From Eledone cirrhosa (Eukaryota), in contig OZ024744.1 of NCBI GenBank assembly GCA_964016885.1, positions 53,196,001 through 53,260,000 on the forward strand: a DNA stretch of 64,000 bases, written 5' to 3'. Of the stretch, positions 12,684 through 26,849 are shown in pieces. Under the pieces are notes generated by a model. That model saw nothing but the letters and a program-made list of their open reading frames with translations. It had not been told where the DNA came from and made no database searches. Both the position numbers and the translations under genes were made by a program. Position 1 is the stretch's first letter, and the number at the start of each line of letters is the position of its first letter.

Positions 12684-15600
12684 GGTTTCATTTATTGGCC
12701 AATGGGCCGACATAAAGGGGACGATACACTAGACAGGGACAGTGAGGGTTTAAATATACAACGTGTAAACAATATAAATAAAAAATAACAATAACAAAAT
12801 AACAATAAAAATACAACAAGAAAAATTCCCCAATAGGGGGGGATAACCACCCAGGGTTGATTCAGGTACTCCACCAATCCTGAACCACCCGACGGTTCGT
12901 GGGCACCCGGGAAGGGCACCCCCTTTTCTCCTGAAATTCACCAGCCTACGGGCGCATGATCAGAGAAGGCCTACACACACGGACCAGTCTCACCTCAGTC
13001 ACCCACCTTTCAGCAAATGTACTAGGGGGGGGGGCAGCACTTCTCTCTCCACCCTCACTTTCCTTTCCAAGTGAAACTTGAAAAAGTTGATGAGGGATTG
13101 GCCGAAGAGAAAAGCGTCTGTCTTCAGTCCTTTCAACCTCGTCCACCATACAACCTCTTTCGCAACTGCCACCAGACAGAGGAAAATTGCCTGCGCTACC
13201 TGGACAAAAAAAGGCGGCGTGTCGATCCTCACTATAGACTCGGCCGATAGCCGGATCCGTTCTATACGCGTCAACAGCTGTTCGACATAACTCCACAAGT
13301 CAATAATGCACGGACAATGGACGAGTGCGTGCAGAATCGTTTCGTCGTTCTGCGCGCATCTCGGGCATGTCCGCCTGACAGCACTTCCGTGCCTGTGGTG
13401 TTTATCTTGAACCGGCAGTGACACCGGTAGCATTGCCAAGCGAGGGATTTTTGGAAGTTATCCATCGTTGCCGGTTCGAAAGTCCTCCGGAACAGACTGG
13501 TTAGTTCGACTTCGTCGACGCCCCGAGCCTCTCCGAGTTCGACGTCGCACTGCCCACCACAAATCCTATATAGAACTCAACAGTGGAAGTTCCACTGAGT
13601 GCATTGCCTGCCTGGTAGAGGGCAGTGAGTGCCTGGCAACATTCCAGATGCCAGTCACCTAGTCCTGGTCTCTTCTTGTCCCAGGACTGCAGCTCAGTCA
13701 AAGAGACGTGCTGTGGACAGGCTCAATTGACAAACGGTGACCACACCTGTTCACCGTTTAGGCAGAATATCTGGAGATGCTGCAGCATCAGCACATGTTT
13801 GCGCATCATTAGCCAGGCATGCCCAGCGCTCTACGTAGAGGGTGTTGGAAGAAATGGACCGCCACACCAACGGAACCTGTCCCCTTCACATGAATTTGAA
13901 GAGGAGCCGTTCCAAGTTAGCGAGGCGTGGACGGGGGGCAAGGGATGACGGTCAGGTGGGAGTAGATGACAGACGCGATGTACGGGTTCGCCACCTCCGC
14001 CCGACCTTTCAGTGACAGTTTCCTCGCAGCCCATTTCTGTGTGAGACTGGCTACCCTGCCTGTTACCTCGTCCCAATTCTTATCCACCTGGAGGTCTGGC
14101 CCGAATCAAACCCCGAGCAACTTTACCGGTCCATCTGTCCAGCGCCCAACGACGCTATTGGACGGCATGGACTTGCCTCTCCAGGTGCCGAGTTGCAAGC
14201 CCACTGACTTTTCTGGGTTAAGTTTCGCTTCCGTCAACCTTTCATATTCCTCCAATAAGTTGTCGACCACCTCGATTTCCAAGGTGTCCGACAACATCAC
14301 GGTGATGTCGTCTGTATAAGCCGACACAGCCTTTCCGAGACCCGGTTCGAGCGGGATGCCCTTCCAGTTTCCTCAGTAAAGGCTCGAGAGTCAATACGTA
14401 CAGAAGGGAAGTGAGAAGGCACACTTGACGGACGGATCAGGAGAACTGAAACGGTTCCGAGAGATGGTCATTAACTTTGACCACCGAGCAGATACCGCTG
14501 TGCATTGCAGTGAACCAGCTTCTGAAGACGGACTGTCTTGAGGACAGACTCCAGGTACGGATGGTCGGCCCTATCAAATGCTTTCGACTTATCTAAATTG
14601 ATCAGAGCCCCACCGAAGCCAGGTTTACACCCTACCCTCTCTATGATGTATCGCATGAGGTGGAGGTTGTCGTGTATGTATCTGGTCGGGATTGCGCAAG
14701 TTTTCGCCTCCCCAACCAAATCCTCGACGACAAGCGCCAACCTCTTCGATAACACCTTGGTCAGAATCTTAAACTTTGTGTTGAGCAGAGTTAATAGATC
14801 TGAAATTATCTAATATGACCCTCTTGTTCTCGTCTTTCCTTATCAGCTTCACTACGCCCCGGCTCACAGAACTGGGAATACTCCCGTTCTGCTGCCGGTT
14901 GCAGTAGATTGCTTCTAGGAGATCGGAGAAAAAGTCTAGCATATTTATGTAAAGCTCGTAGTGCAGACCATCCAAACCGGGTGTTTTGCGCCTCATGCAG
15001 CTGACAAGGGCATCCTGAATCTCGGCTAAAGTTATCGGCGTTTCGCAGCACTCAGCGTCGGCCGTCGAGAGTTGCGGCTAGCCATCGAGGTAGGTACTGA
15101 TGTCCGCCACCGTCTCTGACCCGTCACTTCCACCGAAAAACCGACCAAAGCACTGGTGAAAGGCCTCACACACCGCCTGGGATCGTTCAGCACGTGTCCG
15201 TCTCGATCAGTTAAAGACCGAATTGTGGTTTTATTACCACACTGCGCCTCTGCCACACGGGTCCATCGAATAGCTTTGGTTCCCTCGTTTCTCAGAGTAC
15301 GCGCGTTAGCTCTGACAATGGAACATTCGCATTGAAAAAATGATCTTATGCCATTCGCGCCGCTAGCACGTCAGTTGCAATGCCACTACAAATAGCCTCG
15401 TCTAACTTATCTACCAACTCCCCCTCCTTTCTATTTATCTCTAACGCTAATTCTTTGCTAAACTCTATCGACATTACCCTAATCTCTCTTTTGAAAGCCC
15501 CACCGCACACCACCACCACCACCACCATATATTGTCGACGACTCCCCCTGTCAACTTTTTCTTAACTAAATTGTTGACCTGCTTCCTGTAAGCTTTACGT

Positions 15601-16517
15601 GCGGGAAATGACATGTTTAGCTTCCAGTAACCAGGTCCTAACCTACGCGTCTTATCTAGGTCGACCATACAGATCACAAGTTTGTGATCTGAATAGGCGA
15701 CCATATGTAATTGTGAACACCCTATACTATCCTTATCGACTAATCTAATTAGAACCTACCTAAGTACGATCTAGATGTCCCTAAACAATTTGTCCAGGTC
15801 CACACTGTACGCATTAGGGAAATCTAGTCGGTATCTGTCAGACAGTTGGAACTGGCTGATCAGATACTTGAGGGTTTTGCACCCCCCGCTCCTATCGGAT
15901 ACTCCAAACAATCCCAGGGCGCGTCTAAGATGCCGTTTCAGTCCCCCGCTAACAGTAAAGGGCGAGACGTACCCCAGAAAAGCTCGCTGTGTCTAAAGAA
16001 GTCCGGCCGTCCTTTCCTTCCCCGGTAGGGGCGTAGACGGCAGCAGACTAAAGGTACCACCTTCGCTAGTGTTAATTTCGTTGTTGTTTTTGTTGTCATC
16101 ATTTCTGTTGTCTGTCTTTTGGTTGTCGTTGTTACTGCTGTGGCTGGTATTATCGTGGGGGGGTTTGAAAGGTTATTGTTCTCACTATTGGTGTTGCTGC
16201 TGCAACTATGCAGTTTGAGGTGATGTTGCTAAATGTATTTGTAGTATAAATCAATGTGTTTGCCGCTCTCTCCTCTCAACGTTTAGGTCGCTGTCACACG
16301 AAAGAAGACATACATTTGGGGGCATGGCTCTGTCATGTTTGTTTTTTTCAAGAATTTTCAAATATTTTGGCCAAGAGGCCCAAATATTATACAGTCACAC
16401 ATTCACAGGGTGACAACCCTTTTCAAAGAATGCAACAGTTATTATAAATGAAAAGAAACAGAAAATTTACTTCAGTTTTGCGGAGCTCCAAAATCACGTC
16501 TTCACTGTCTGAAAGAC
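12684..16517 (-). mobile_element. Tx1-clade LINE E2, degenerate, lacking most of ORF1 and the start of ORF2
   Basis: ORF2 fragments 12946-~16075 (YTDD, CPRC...HALVHC, YSDHK) jump to Asn/Thr-rich ORF1 N-terminus (ATG 16336); 5' UTR abuts (AAT)n. Confidence 0.9.

Positions 16518-16559
<42 letters not shown>
16518..16559. repeat. (AAT)14 spacer between E2 and E3
   Basis: Perfect AAT tract directly joining two LINE copies. Confidence 0.95.
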
Positions 16560-16561
<2 letters not shown>

Positions 16562-18775
16562 TTTCATTTATTAGCCACAAGGGCCGACATGTAGGGGACA
16601 ATACAAAGACAGGGACAGTGGGGGTTTACAATAAGGTCGAGTAAAAGTGCACAATGGCAAGACTAATTTAACAATGAAAATATAAAAATATAAAATAAAC
16701 TATGCATAAATATAACAAAATAAATTCCCCAATAGGGGGTGGACGACCCTGGGGTGAATCGGGTACCCCACCAATCCTGAACCACACTGCGCTTCTTGGG
16801 CACCCAGGGAGGGCACCCCTCTCCTCAAGTTAGCTAGCCTATAGGCGCATGGTCAGAGTAGGCTCATTCACACGAGCCATTCTCGCCACATTCACCCACC
16901 TTTTAGAAAATGTACTGGGGGGGCAGCACTTCTCTCTCCACCCTCACCTTCCTTTCCAAGTGAAACTTGAAGATGTTGATGAGGGATTGGCCGAAGAGAA
17001 AAGTGTCTGTCTTTAGTCCTTTCACCCTGGTCCACCATATAATCTCTTTCGCAACTGCCACCAGACAGAGGAACATTTCCTGCTCTTCCTGACCTAAGTA
17101 AGGCGGTGGATCGATCTTCACTTTGGACTCGGCCGATAGCCGGATTCGTTCCACACGCGACAGTAGCTGTTCGACATAACTCCACAAGTTAGTAATGCAC
17201 GGACATTGGACAAGTGCGTGCAGAACGGTTTCGTCGTTCTGTGCGCATCTTGGGCAGGTCCGTCTGACAGCACTTCCGTGCCTGTAGAGTTTATCCCGAA
17301 CCGGTAGTGCCCCCCGGTAGCACTGCCAAGCGAGGGATTTCTGGAAATTGTCCATCGTCCCCAGCTCAAAAGTCCTCCGGTACAGACTGGTCAGTTCGAC
17401 TTCGTCGAGGCCCAAAGCTTCTCCGAGTGCTTCATCGCACTTGCCCACCACTAATCCTCTATAGAACTCGAGAGTGGAAGTTCCACTGATCGCATTGCCC
17501 GCTTGGTAGAGGGCAGTGAGTGCCTGGCAACATTCCAGGTGCCAGTCACCCAGTCAGGTCTCTTCTTGTCCCAGGACTTCAGCTCAGTCAAAAAAATGAG
17601 CTGCGGAAAGGCCCGTCTGATAAACGGCGACCACACCTGTTCACCGTTGAGGCAGAATATCTGGAGATGTCGCAGCCTCAACGCATGTCTGTGCATCATT
17701 AGCCACGGCATGCCCAGCCCTCCGCGTAGAGGGTGCTGGCAGCAGATGGACCGCCTCACCAACGGTACTTGTCCCTTCCACAAGAATTTGAAGAGGAGCC
17801 GTTCCAACTTGACGAGGCGCGGACGGGGGCAAGGCACGACGGTCAGGCGGTAGTAGATGACGGACGCGATGTACGCATTCGCCACCTCCGCGCGACCTTT
17901 CAGTGATAGCTTCCTCCCAGCCCATTTTTGGGTGAGACTGGCTACTCTGCTCGTTACCTCGTCCCAATTCTTTTCCACCTGGATGTCTGGTCCGAACCAA
18001 ACCCCGAGCAACTTTACCGGTCCGTCCGTCCAGCGCCCCACGACGCTGTTGGACGGCATGGCTTGCCTCTCCAGGTTCCGAGCTGCAAGCCCACCGACTT
18101 TTCCGGCTTAAGTTTGGCTCCTGTCAACCTTTCATATTCCTTCAATAAGGTGCCGACCACCTCGATTTCTGAGGTGTTCGACACCATCACGGTGATGTCG
18201 TCCGCATAAGCCGACACAGCATTTCCGCGTCCCGGTTCGAGCTATATACCCTGCAACAGCTCCAGCTTCCGCAGTAAAGGCTTGAGAGTCAATACGTACA
18301 GAAGGGACGAGAGAGGGCACCCTTGACAGACCGATCGGGAGAGCCGAAACGGTTCCGAGAGGTGGCCATTAACCCTGACCACCGAGCGTATGCCACTGTG
18401 CATTGCAACGATCCAGCTTCTAAAGACAGGGCCGAAGCCAGCTGCTTTGAGGACAAACTCCAGATACCGATGGTCGACCCTATCGAATGCTTTCGATTGA
18501 TCTAAATTGATCAGTGCCCCACCGAAGCCAGGTTTACACTCACCCTCTCTATGATGTATCGCATGAGGTGGAGACTGGCTGGGATTGCGCAAGTTTGCGC
18601 CTCCCCAACCAAATCCTCGACGACAAGCGCCAATCTCTTTGCTAACACCATTGGCCAAAATCTTAAACTCAGTGTTGAGCAGAGTTATGGGCCTGAAGTT
18701 GTCTAATGTATCCCTCTTGTTCTCGTCTTTCCTTATCAGCGTCACCACTCCCCTGCTCACAGAACTGGGAATACT
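16560..18775 (-). mobile_element. Tx1-clade LINE E3, 3' half (RT and C-terminus)
   Basis: NFRPITLLN, DQSKAFD, QGCPLS, YADD, CCHC in frameshifted ORFs; 3' UTR related to E2. Confidence 0.9.
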
Positions 18776-21700
18776 GGTTTCTTTATTGACCACAAGTGCT
18801 AATACTAAGAAAAACATTAGAGACGGCACAGAATAGTACAGGACGATATAAAGTGGGTTTTGGTGCTGTAAACAGGTTATAACACAATTGGGCTAGAAAT
18901 CAAAAAATTCAAACAGCAGAAATTCCCACAAAAGGGGGAAACCTCCGAGGGCTACTCGTGGCGAAAACAACACAAAAAAGCCACGGCCACCCTGACCACC
19001 AGGACAAGCGCCCCTCTCAGGTTTCCCACTCCTCAGTTTACAGGCGCATACTCAGAGCGGGCCCGTTCTCTCGGACCAGATTCGCCACTTTCACCCACCT
19101 TTCAACAAACTTACTAGAAGACAGCACTTGCCTCTCCACTCTGATTTTCCTCTTCAAGTGAAACTTGAAGAAGTTAATCAGAGGAAAGTGTACGTCTTCA
19201 ACCCTTTCAACCTTGTCCACCACACAATCTCTTTCGCCATGACTACCAGGAAGATGAAAACTGCCTCTCCTTCCTCCTCTTTTAAGGAGGATGCCGAGGC
19301 TATCTGCACAATGGACCCAGTCAATAACCGGATCCGTCCTACACGCAACAGCAGCTGTTCGACATAGCTCTACAAGTCAGCAATGCTCGGGCACTGAACG
19401 AGTTCGAGCAGGATGGTTTCGTCGCTCTGCACGCATTTCGGACAGGCTCGGCTGACGGCACTTCCGTGCCTGTAGAGCTTATCTCGAACCGGCAAGGCTC
19501 CCCAGTAGCACTTCCAGGCCAGGGATTTCTGCAAATTGTCCATAGGCCCCGGTCTGAGAATTCCCTTGAAGAGAGCGTACAGCTGATCGTCTTCGACGCC
19601 CAGGGTGTCTCCGAGAACGCCGCTCTTTCTCTCCACTAGCCCTCTATAGAACGCCGAAGTGGATGTTCCACCGATACTAGTGCCAAGCTGGTAGAGATAG
19701 GTGAGAGCTTGGAGACATTCCAGCTTCCAAGCGCTATCCCTTGGTCTTTTCCTGATCCAGGACTCGATCTACGTCAAGGCGACGAGCTGGGGAAAAGCGC
19801 GTCTGGCAAACGGCGACCACACCTGTTCACCGTCAAGGAAGCACCAGATATGTCACAGCCTCAGAGCATGTTTGCGCATCATCAGCCACGGCATGCCTAG
19901 TCCTCCACGCAACGGGTGTTGACAGCAAATGGATCTTCTGACCATGGGAGCACGTCCCTTCCACAAAAAGCGGAAGAGAAGGCGCTCCATTTTGGTCAGA
20001 GCTGGGCGGGGGCACGGTACGACTGTCAGGTGGTAGCAGATGACGGACGCTATGTACGCATCTGCCACCACTGCCGACCTTTCAGAGATAGCCCCCTCTC
20101 AGCCCATTTCTGGGTGAGACATGTCACCTCGCTCCAGTTTTTCTCCATCTGGAGGCCCAACTCAGCCAGACCGAGCAATTTAACTGGTCCTTCGGTCCAG
20201 CGCCCCACGACGCTGTCGGAAGGCATGGACTTGCCTCTCCAGGTTGCTGAGTTGCAAGCCCACCGACTTTTCCAGGTTTATCTTTGCTTCTGTCACCGCT
20301 TCGTATACCTTGAGAGCGGCGCCGAGCATCTGGACGTGTTTGGTGTTCCACACCACCACGGTGACGTCATCGGCGTAAGCCGACACGGATCTCCCGCATC
20401 CGATTTCGCGTGGGACACTCCTCCTCGTCTCCAATTTGTGCAGTAACGGCTAAGGGCCAGTACGTACGAGAGGGACGAGCGGGGGCAATCCTGGCGGACC
20501 GAGCATGATGTTGAAAGCCTGCGACAGGTGATCATTCACCTTCATAATCGGGCAGATGTCGTTGTGCATCGCAGCGATCCAGCGCCTGAAAACGGGCCCG
20601 AAGCCGGCCGCCTTGAGACCGCAGCCAGGTACCGATGGTCGATCATATCAAAAGCTTTAGATTGATCCAAGTTGATTAGGGCCCCACCCGTGCCAGGTTC
20701 CTTAACCACCCTCTCTATGGTGTATCGCATGAGATGTGGTTGTCGTGGATGGATCTGTCCGGAATGGCGCATAACTACGCCTCTCCCACCAGATTACCGA
20801 CGACAAGCACCAATCTCTCTGCTAACACCCTGGCCTAAATCTTAAACTCTGCGTTTAGCAGAGTTATTGACCTGCAGTTGTCTATAACATCCCCCTTTTT
20901 CAGGTATTTTCTCATCAGCGCCACCGCTACGCGTCTCACAATACTGGAAATGCTCCTGTTTTGCTGCCAGTAGCAGTAGACATCTGCCAAAGGTTGCCGA
21001 ACTAGTCTGGCATATACGCATATAGCTCGTAGAGCAGACCATCCAAACCTGGCGATTTGCCCCTCGTGCAGTCAGTCATCGCTTCCCGTATTTCACCTGC
21101 TGTTATCGGCTTTTCGCAGCACTGCGATGCGGTCGTCGAGAGCCGCGGCAGTCCATACCCCGATCCAACCCGCCGCCGCTCCCGAACGATTGAGTAAAGT
21201 GCTGTTGAAAGCCGTACACATCTGCTCGGGTTCGAGCAACATGCGCCCGTTTTGATCAGGCAAAGACCGAATTGTGGACCTTGTTGCCACGTCGTGCCTC
21301 CACCACCCGGGTTCATTGAACGGATTTCGTTCCCTCGTGTCTTAGAGCATGCGTTCTAGCTCTGACAACGCAGCCTTCATGCTTTGCGTTGAAGAATTGG
21401 TCGAGTGCCAATCTCGCCGCAAGCACGTCACTTGCGATGCCTGTCCTAAACGCCTCTTCTAGCTTTCTAACTAACTCTCCCTCTACTCTATTTTCCTCTA
21501 TCACTGCTCCTTTGCTAAACCTTATCGATTCTACTCTAATAGCCCTTTACAGGCTAAACCACCACCTGTTGTTGACGATCGCACCCGTCAACGCACGCTT
21601 AACTAATTCGCTAATCAGGTCTCTCTAAGCTTTGCGCGCCGGGAAAGACGCGTTCAGTTCCAGCAGCCGGGCTCTTGCCTATGGAGTCTATCTAAGACAA

Positions 21701-23924
21701 CTTCACAGATCACAAATTTGTGGTCCGTGTAGTCGACGACTTTAAATTGTGGACAACCTACACTAGCCTTATCTGTTTCCCTACAGAATACCCTATCTAA
21801 ATACGATCTGGATGACCCGATGCGGTTTGCCCTTGTGCACATTGGCACATTCGGATAATCCAGTCTATACCTGTCAGAGAGTTCAAAACGTCTGAGCATG
21901 TTTTTAAGGATTTTACACCCTCCTGCCCTTTCTACTAGACCCACATAATACCAGCGTGCTTCCAAAAAGGTCTCTAGACGTCTGAAGAAATCTGGCCGTC
22001 CTGCCCCTGTTGGTTCGTAGACGCTACTAGACTAAAAGCATTGCCTTCGCTGCCAGTCACGTCCAGCACCAACGACGTACCTTCTGGATCCAGGAAGATG
22101 GCCCGTATGGCGAGATCCAAGCCTCTCCGAAGAAGCACGGCAACTCCCCCCCCCCCCCCCCCGATTATGGACGGCTGGGAGTTGCGTATACATCGTAGCC
22201 GCCGAAGATCGGTCCGAAGGCTCGTGCTTCGGAGATTCTGGTTTCGCTGATGGCCACCTCATCTATGTTTAGTGACCTGAGGTCGTTGAGCAGGTGACCC
22301 TGCTTCCAAGATGACTCCGGGCCACGTACATTTATAGTGCCTATTCTAAATACGGCCATGCTGGATGAGAAACGGAGTAAGTGAAAAAGGATCACTTACC
22401 TTGATCGTGTGGTGAAGGGACAGTAGAACCGTCCCTTTCGCTGGTCATGGGTGTTTCCAAGAGGATGTTGGTGTATATCCTCTTGGTAACCGACCCTCTG
22501 AAGTATCCAACTGCGTTGGGGAATTTTTGTTTTAAAGGTTTGTACTGTTCTATTGAGATTTCGATGATGCTTATGTTTGTCGGGAGAGTTCTTGGTGTTG
22601 GTGGGGTGTAGTAGTTTGTTTCTGTGATGTCAGTGTATATCCTCTTGGTAACCCACCCTTTGAAGTCTCCAACTGCGTTGGGGAATTTTTTTTTTAAAGT
22701 TTGTAATGTTCTATTTTGATTTCAATGATGTCTATGTTTGTCGGGAGAGTTCTTGGTTTTTGTGGGGTGTATTAGTTTGTTTCGGTGATGTCTGTGTGCT
22801 GCTTTATATGTTGTAAGAGTTCTTTATTTGCCATGTTTATGGCTGTGTACGTTTTGGGGGAGGGGTGATTTTGTTGCTGTTTTCTTGTTGCTGTTGGGCG
22901 AGTGAGTTTTGTTGTGTTTGCGATGTTGGTGTTTTTGGTGATGGTAGTGGTGGTGTGGTTGTTGTTGGTGGTGATGCTTGTGGTAGTGATGGTGACGGTG
23001 GTGGTGTTGCTGCAAGTCTTCTTGCAGCCTTTACCCCTCTTTGTCTGCCTTCACTTTTGGAGGGTGAAGCTAAGGGGTTTTTCCTTTTTTGTTTTTTTGT
23101 TGCAGACCGTTTGCCACTTCCCTCCTGCCTTATACTCCATGTCAGATTCTGTGGCGTCCGGGAGGGGTATGAACTCCACTGCTGTTGGTGGTGGTAGTGG
23201 CGCCCGCTCCGGCGATTTTACCGCTGGTGTAGCTACTGAGACTGTTGGTGTTGCCGCCACTGCTGCCACTGCTTTAGTTGTCCGTGGTCTTGGTATGGGT
23301 GCCACGGACGTTGCCCTCCTACTCACCATGGAGGGTTCTTCTGCCTTTGTTGCCTGACCTGCTCCTGGTATCAGCGATCAGGCTTCGGACTGAGGGGGGT
23401 CCCCTCTTCTTGGCTGTCTTCTTCGGGCAGAAGGCCCTGAGGTGACCCTTCTGCCCACAGAGATACCACTTTGGGCGCCTTCCTTCCACGCTTATAGGAA
23501 GTTAGAGCCCTTCTTCGAGATCTATGATGTCTGGGATGGCCTTGATGCACTCCTGGTCAGTCTGTATTAGCATTTGCATGCCTTTTCCTGACCAGTTCTC
23601 TCTTCACATTCTCTGTAGTTGCAGTATGGTGGGTTCTCCTCGATTCCAGCCAGTGAAGACACGACCAGCCAACGTATAGGCACGTAGGGCGGGACCAGGG
23701 TCACTTCGACCCTCACAATTTTCTCCCCACAGTAGGAGGGCACCAAGACTATCTCCTCACTCTTTAGGGTTTCCAAAGTGTGTGACTTCGCCTCTTGTGG
23801 GGTGGCGAAAAGTACGTCTAAAGTGGCGTTCTTTTTGCCTCGGGTAATGTGGTTTGTGCGCGCCCAGACGCACCCCAAGGCCTTTTGGATTAGAGCCTTT
23901 GTGGCTCTCTCCACCCGATGTGAT
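18776..23924 (-). mobile_element. Tx1-clade LINE E4, nested in E3, 5' truncated within ORF1
   Basis: 3' end AATAAAGAAACC abuts E3 at 18775; degenerate ORF2 from ATG 22359; ORF1 remnants to ~23920. Confidence 0.9.
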
Positions 23925-23926
23925 AT

Positions 23927-26664
23927 TTAAACTCTGTGTTGAGAAGAGTTTTGGGCCTGAAGTTGTCTAATGTATCCCTCTTGTTCTCGTCTTTCCTAAT
24001 CAGCGTCACATCTTCCTTGCTCATAGAACTGGAAATACTCCCATTCTGCTGCCAGTTGCAGCAGAGTTCTTCGAGGAGATCGGAGAACAAGTCTGGCATA
24101 TTTACGTAAAGCTCGTAGGGCAGGCCATCCAAACTGGGTGACTTGCGCCTCGTGCAGCCGACAAGGGCGTCCTGAATTTCGGCTGAAGTAATCGGCCTAT
24201 CGCAGCGCTCAGCGTCGATCGTCGAGATGCGCGGCAAGCCGTCTAGGTAGGGACTGAAATCCGCTACTCTCTCTGACTCGCCAATCTCCCCGAACCACCT
24301 GGCAAAGTGCTGGCAGAAGGCATAACACACCCGCTTAGAATCGCTTATCGCGTGTCCGTCTCGGTCCGCCAAAGACCGAATTCTGGTTTTATTACCACGC
24401 TGCGCCTCCGCCACGCGGGGCCATCGAACAGCTTTGGTTCCCTCGTTTCTCAGAGCACGCGCATTAACTCTGACAATGCAACCTTCGTGTTTTGCATTGA
24501 AGAAAAGGTCTAATGCCATTCTCGTCGCTAGCACGCCAGTTGCAATGCCACAACAAATAGCCTCGTCTAACTTATCTTCCAACTCCCCCTCCTTTCTATT
24601 TTTCTCTAACGTTAGTTCGTTGCTAAACTCTATCGACACTACTCTAATCTCTCTTTTGAGAGCCCCCACCATCTGTTGTTGATGATCCCCCCTCTCAACT
24701 TTTGCTTAACTAAATTGTTGATTCGGTCTCTGTAAGCCTTACGTACCGGAAATGACATGTTCAGCTTCCAGTAACCCGGTCCCAGCCTACTCGTTTTAAC
24801 TAGGTCGACTAAACAGAAGACAAATACATGATCTGAATAGGCGACCGTTTTAAAAATTGGGCAGCCTACACTATTTCTATCCATTTTCCTAATGAAGATC
24901 CTGTCTATATACGATCTAGATGACCCCATGCGGTTGGTCCACGTCCACACTAGCGCATTGGGGAAATCTGATCGGTACCTGTCAGACAGTTTTAACTGGC
25001 TGATTAGGTGTTTGAGGCTTTTGCATCCCCCGCTCCTATGAGCTACTCCCTCACAATCCCAGCGTGCGTCTAAGATGCCGTTCCAGTCCCCCGCTAACAG
25101 TAGAGGGCGAGACGTACCCAGCAATGTTTCTAGGCGCCTAAAGAAGTCCGGTCGTCCGGCCACAGTAGTGGCGTAGACGGCCAACAGTCTAAAGACACCA
25201 CCTTCGCTACTGTTCACATCCAGGACCACCAATTTGCCGTCCGTGTCCAGGAAGATCGACCTTACCTCGAGATGCAGACCTTTCCTAAACAGCACTGCCA
25301 CCCCACCTCCCATTCCCGGCCTGCTAACAGATGTGAAGATCTGATAGACGTCGGAAGTGGGGGCTAGTGCGAACGTGTCGGAAATCGTCGTCTCGCTGAC
25401 GGCGATCACATCCATTTCCAGAGACCTGAGGTCGTTGAGCAAGCGACCTTGCTTCCAGGTTGACCCCAGGCCGCGAACATTGAAACTTCCTACTCTTAAT
25501 ATGGCCATGTTGGCAAGCTAAAAGAGAGAGGGAAGGTTTACTTACCTTCCGGGGTTTTGTGAAGGTCGGGTGGTTCGACCATAATGGTTGGTGGGGTTTC
25601 TTTTGGGAACCCTTTTAAAGGTCTTGATGTGGGTTTCACGTTCGGGGTTCCCACGTCTTAAGGAAGGCTCTCTCGGATTTCTTTGTAGAAATTGAGCGAC
25701 ATTCGCACCAGAAGCAAATCTTCTGGCACGCAAAATGTGTTCAATTCAAAGATCTCCCCCTCTGTTTGGATGTCCTCGCTTCGTGCTTAGAGGGTCATCA
25801 ATTAATCGTTGGCCTTTCTGACAAGAACGAAGTTTTTAATGTTTTGTTGGTGTGATTTTTTTTGTTTTCGTTTTGGTGACTGTGGTGGTTATAGTTTTGG
25901 TGGTGTTGTTTCGGGTATGTCTGTGTTTGTTGTAGGTGTGGTGTCAGCAATTTCAGGTGTCTGTGTTTATTTCTTCTTGTGTTTGTTTAGGTTGTTTGCG
26001 TTTCGGGGATTGTGGGGTGATGTTGATGTTGGTGTTGATGTTATTGGGGAAGTGTTTGCGTTAGTGGTGTCTGTATTTTTTGTGTTTTGTTGGGGCTTTT
26101 TTTCTGGTGAATTTTCTCTTTTGTTTTTTGGCCATTTTGGGTTTTCCTTCATCTTCACTGCTGGAAGACAAAGGGTCTGTGTCTGTGTGTGCATTTATTG
26201 TTTTGTCTATGTGTATAATTGCAGGGGTAGGGGAAGTGGAAGAGCTTTCCTCGTTTTCCCCTTGGATTGGTTTCGGTGTTGGTGGTGGTCCGACTGTTTT
26301 TGATGTTGGTGTGGTTACCCCTGTCAGTGTTGGTGTTGTTTTTGGTGGTGCTGGTGCAGCTTTCCGTGCTGACACTGGTGTTGGCAACAAAGGAGGTTTG
26401 CGACCCCCTGCATTTTTGAGCTGAGAGCAGAAAGCTTGCAGATGTGTTGCTTCCCCGCAGACAAAGCAATGCGGCCTTCTTACCTCAGTGATTAATTGGA
26501 ATGTTGTCCCATCCTGCAGGCGGGCAAAATCCGGTATGTTGTTGATGTCTCTGGTTTCATTTGGAGAAAAATCTCCAAACCCATACCAGACCAGTCTTCT
26601 CTGTCCTTTTGATATCCAGGAGGGTAGTGTCTGTCCCTCCTCGATTACATCAAACAAACGCATA
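23927..26664 (-). mobile_element. Tx1-clade LINE E3, 5' half (APE domain and ORF1 3' part)
   Basis: MAILRVGSFNVRG...SET...GDWN...YSDH (24639-25508); ORF1 with CFVCGEATHLQAFC; resumes with a duplicate of 18663-18775. Confidence 0.85.
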
Positions 26665-26849
26665 CTAGCTACAGCCTATTCAACAGAATACAGTGGCCTC
26701 AACACCATCACTATAGTACCACTATCCCATCCCCCCCGCTACCACTCCATCATTGCTACCACCATTATTCCCCCACTACCTTCTATTAACTTAAGACAGG
26801 GGAAGGTGGGGTTGACAATAGATAAGGGAGAGGCTAACAAAAGCTATAA

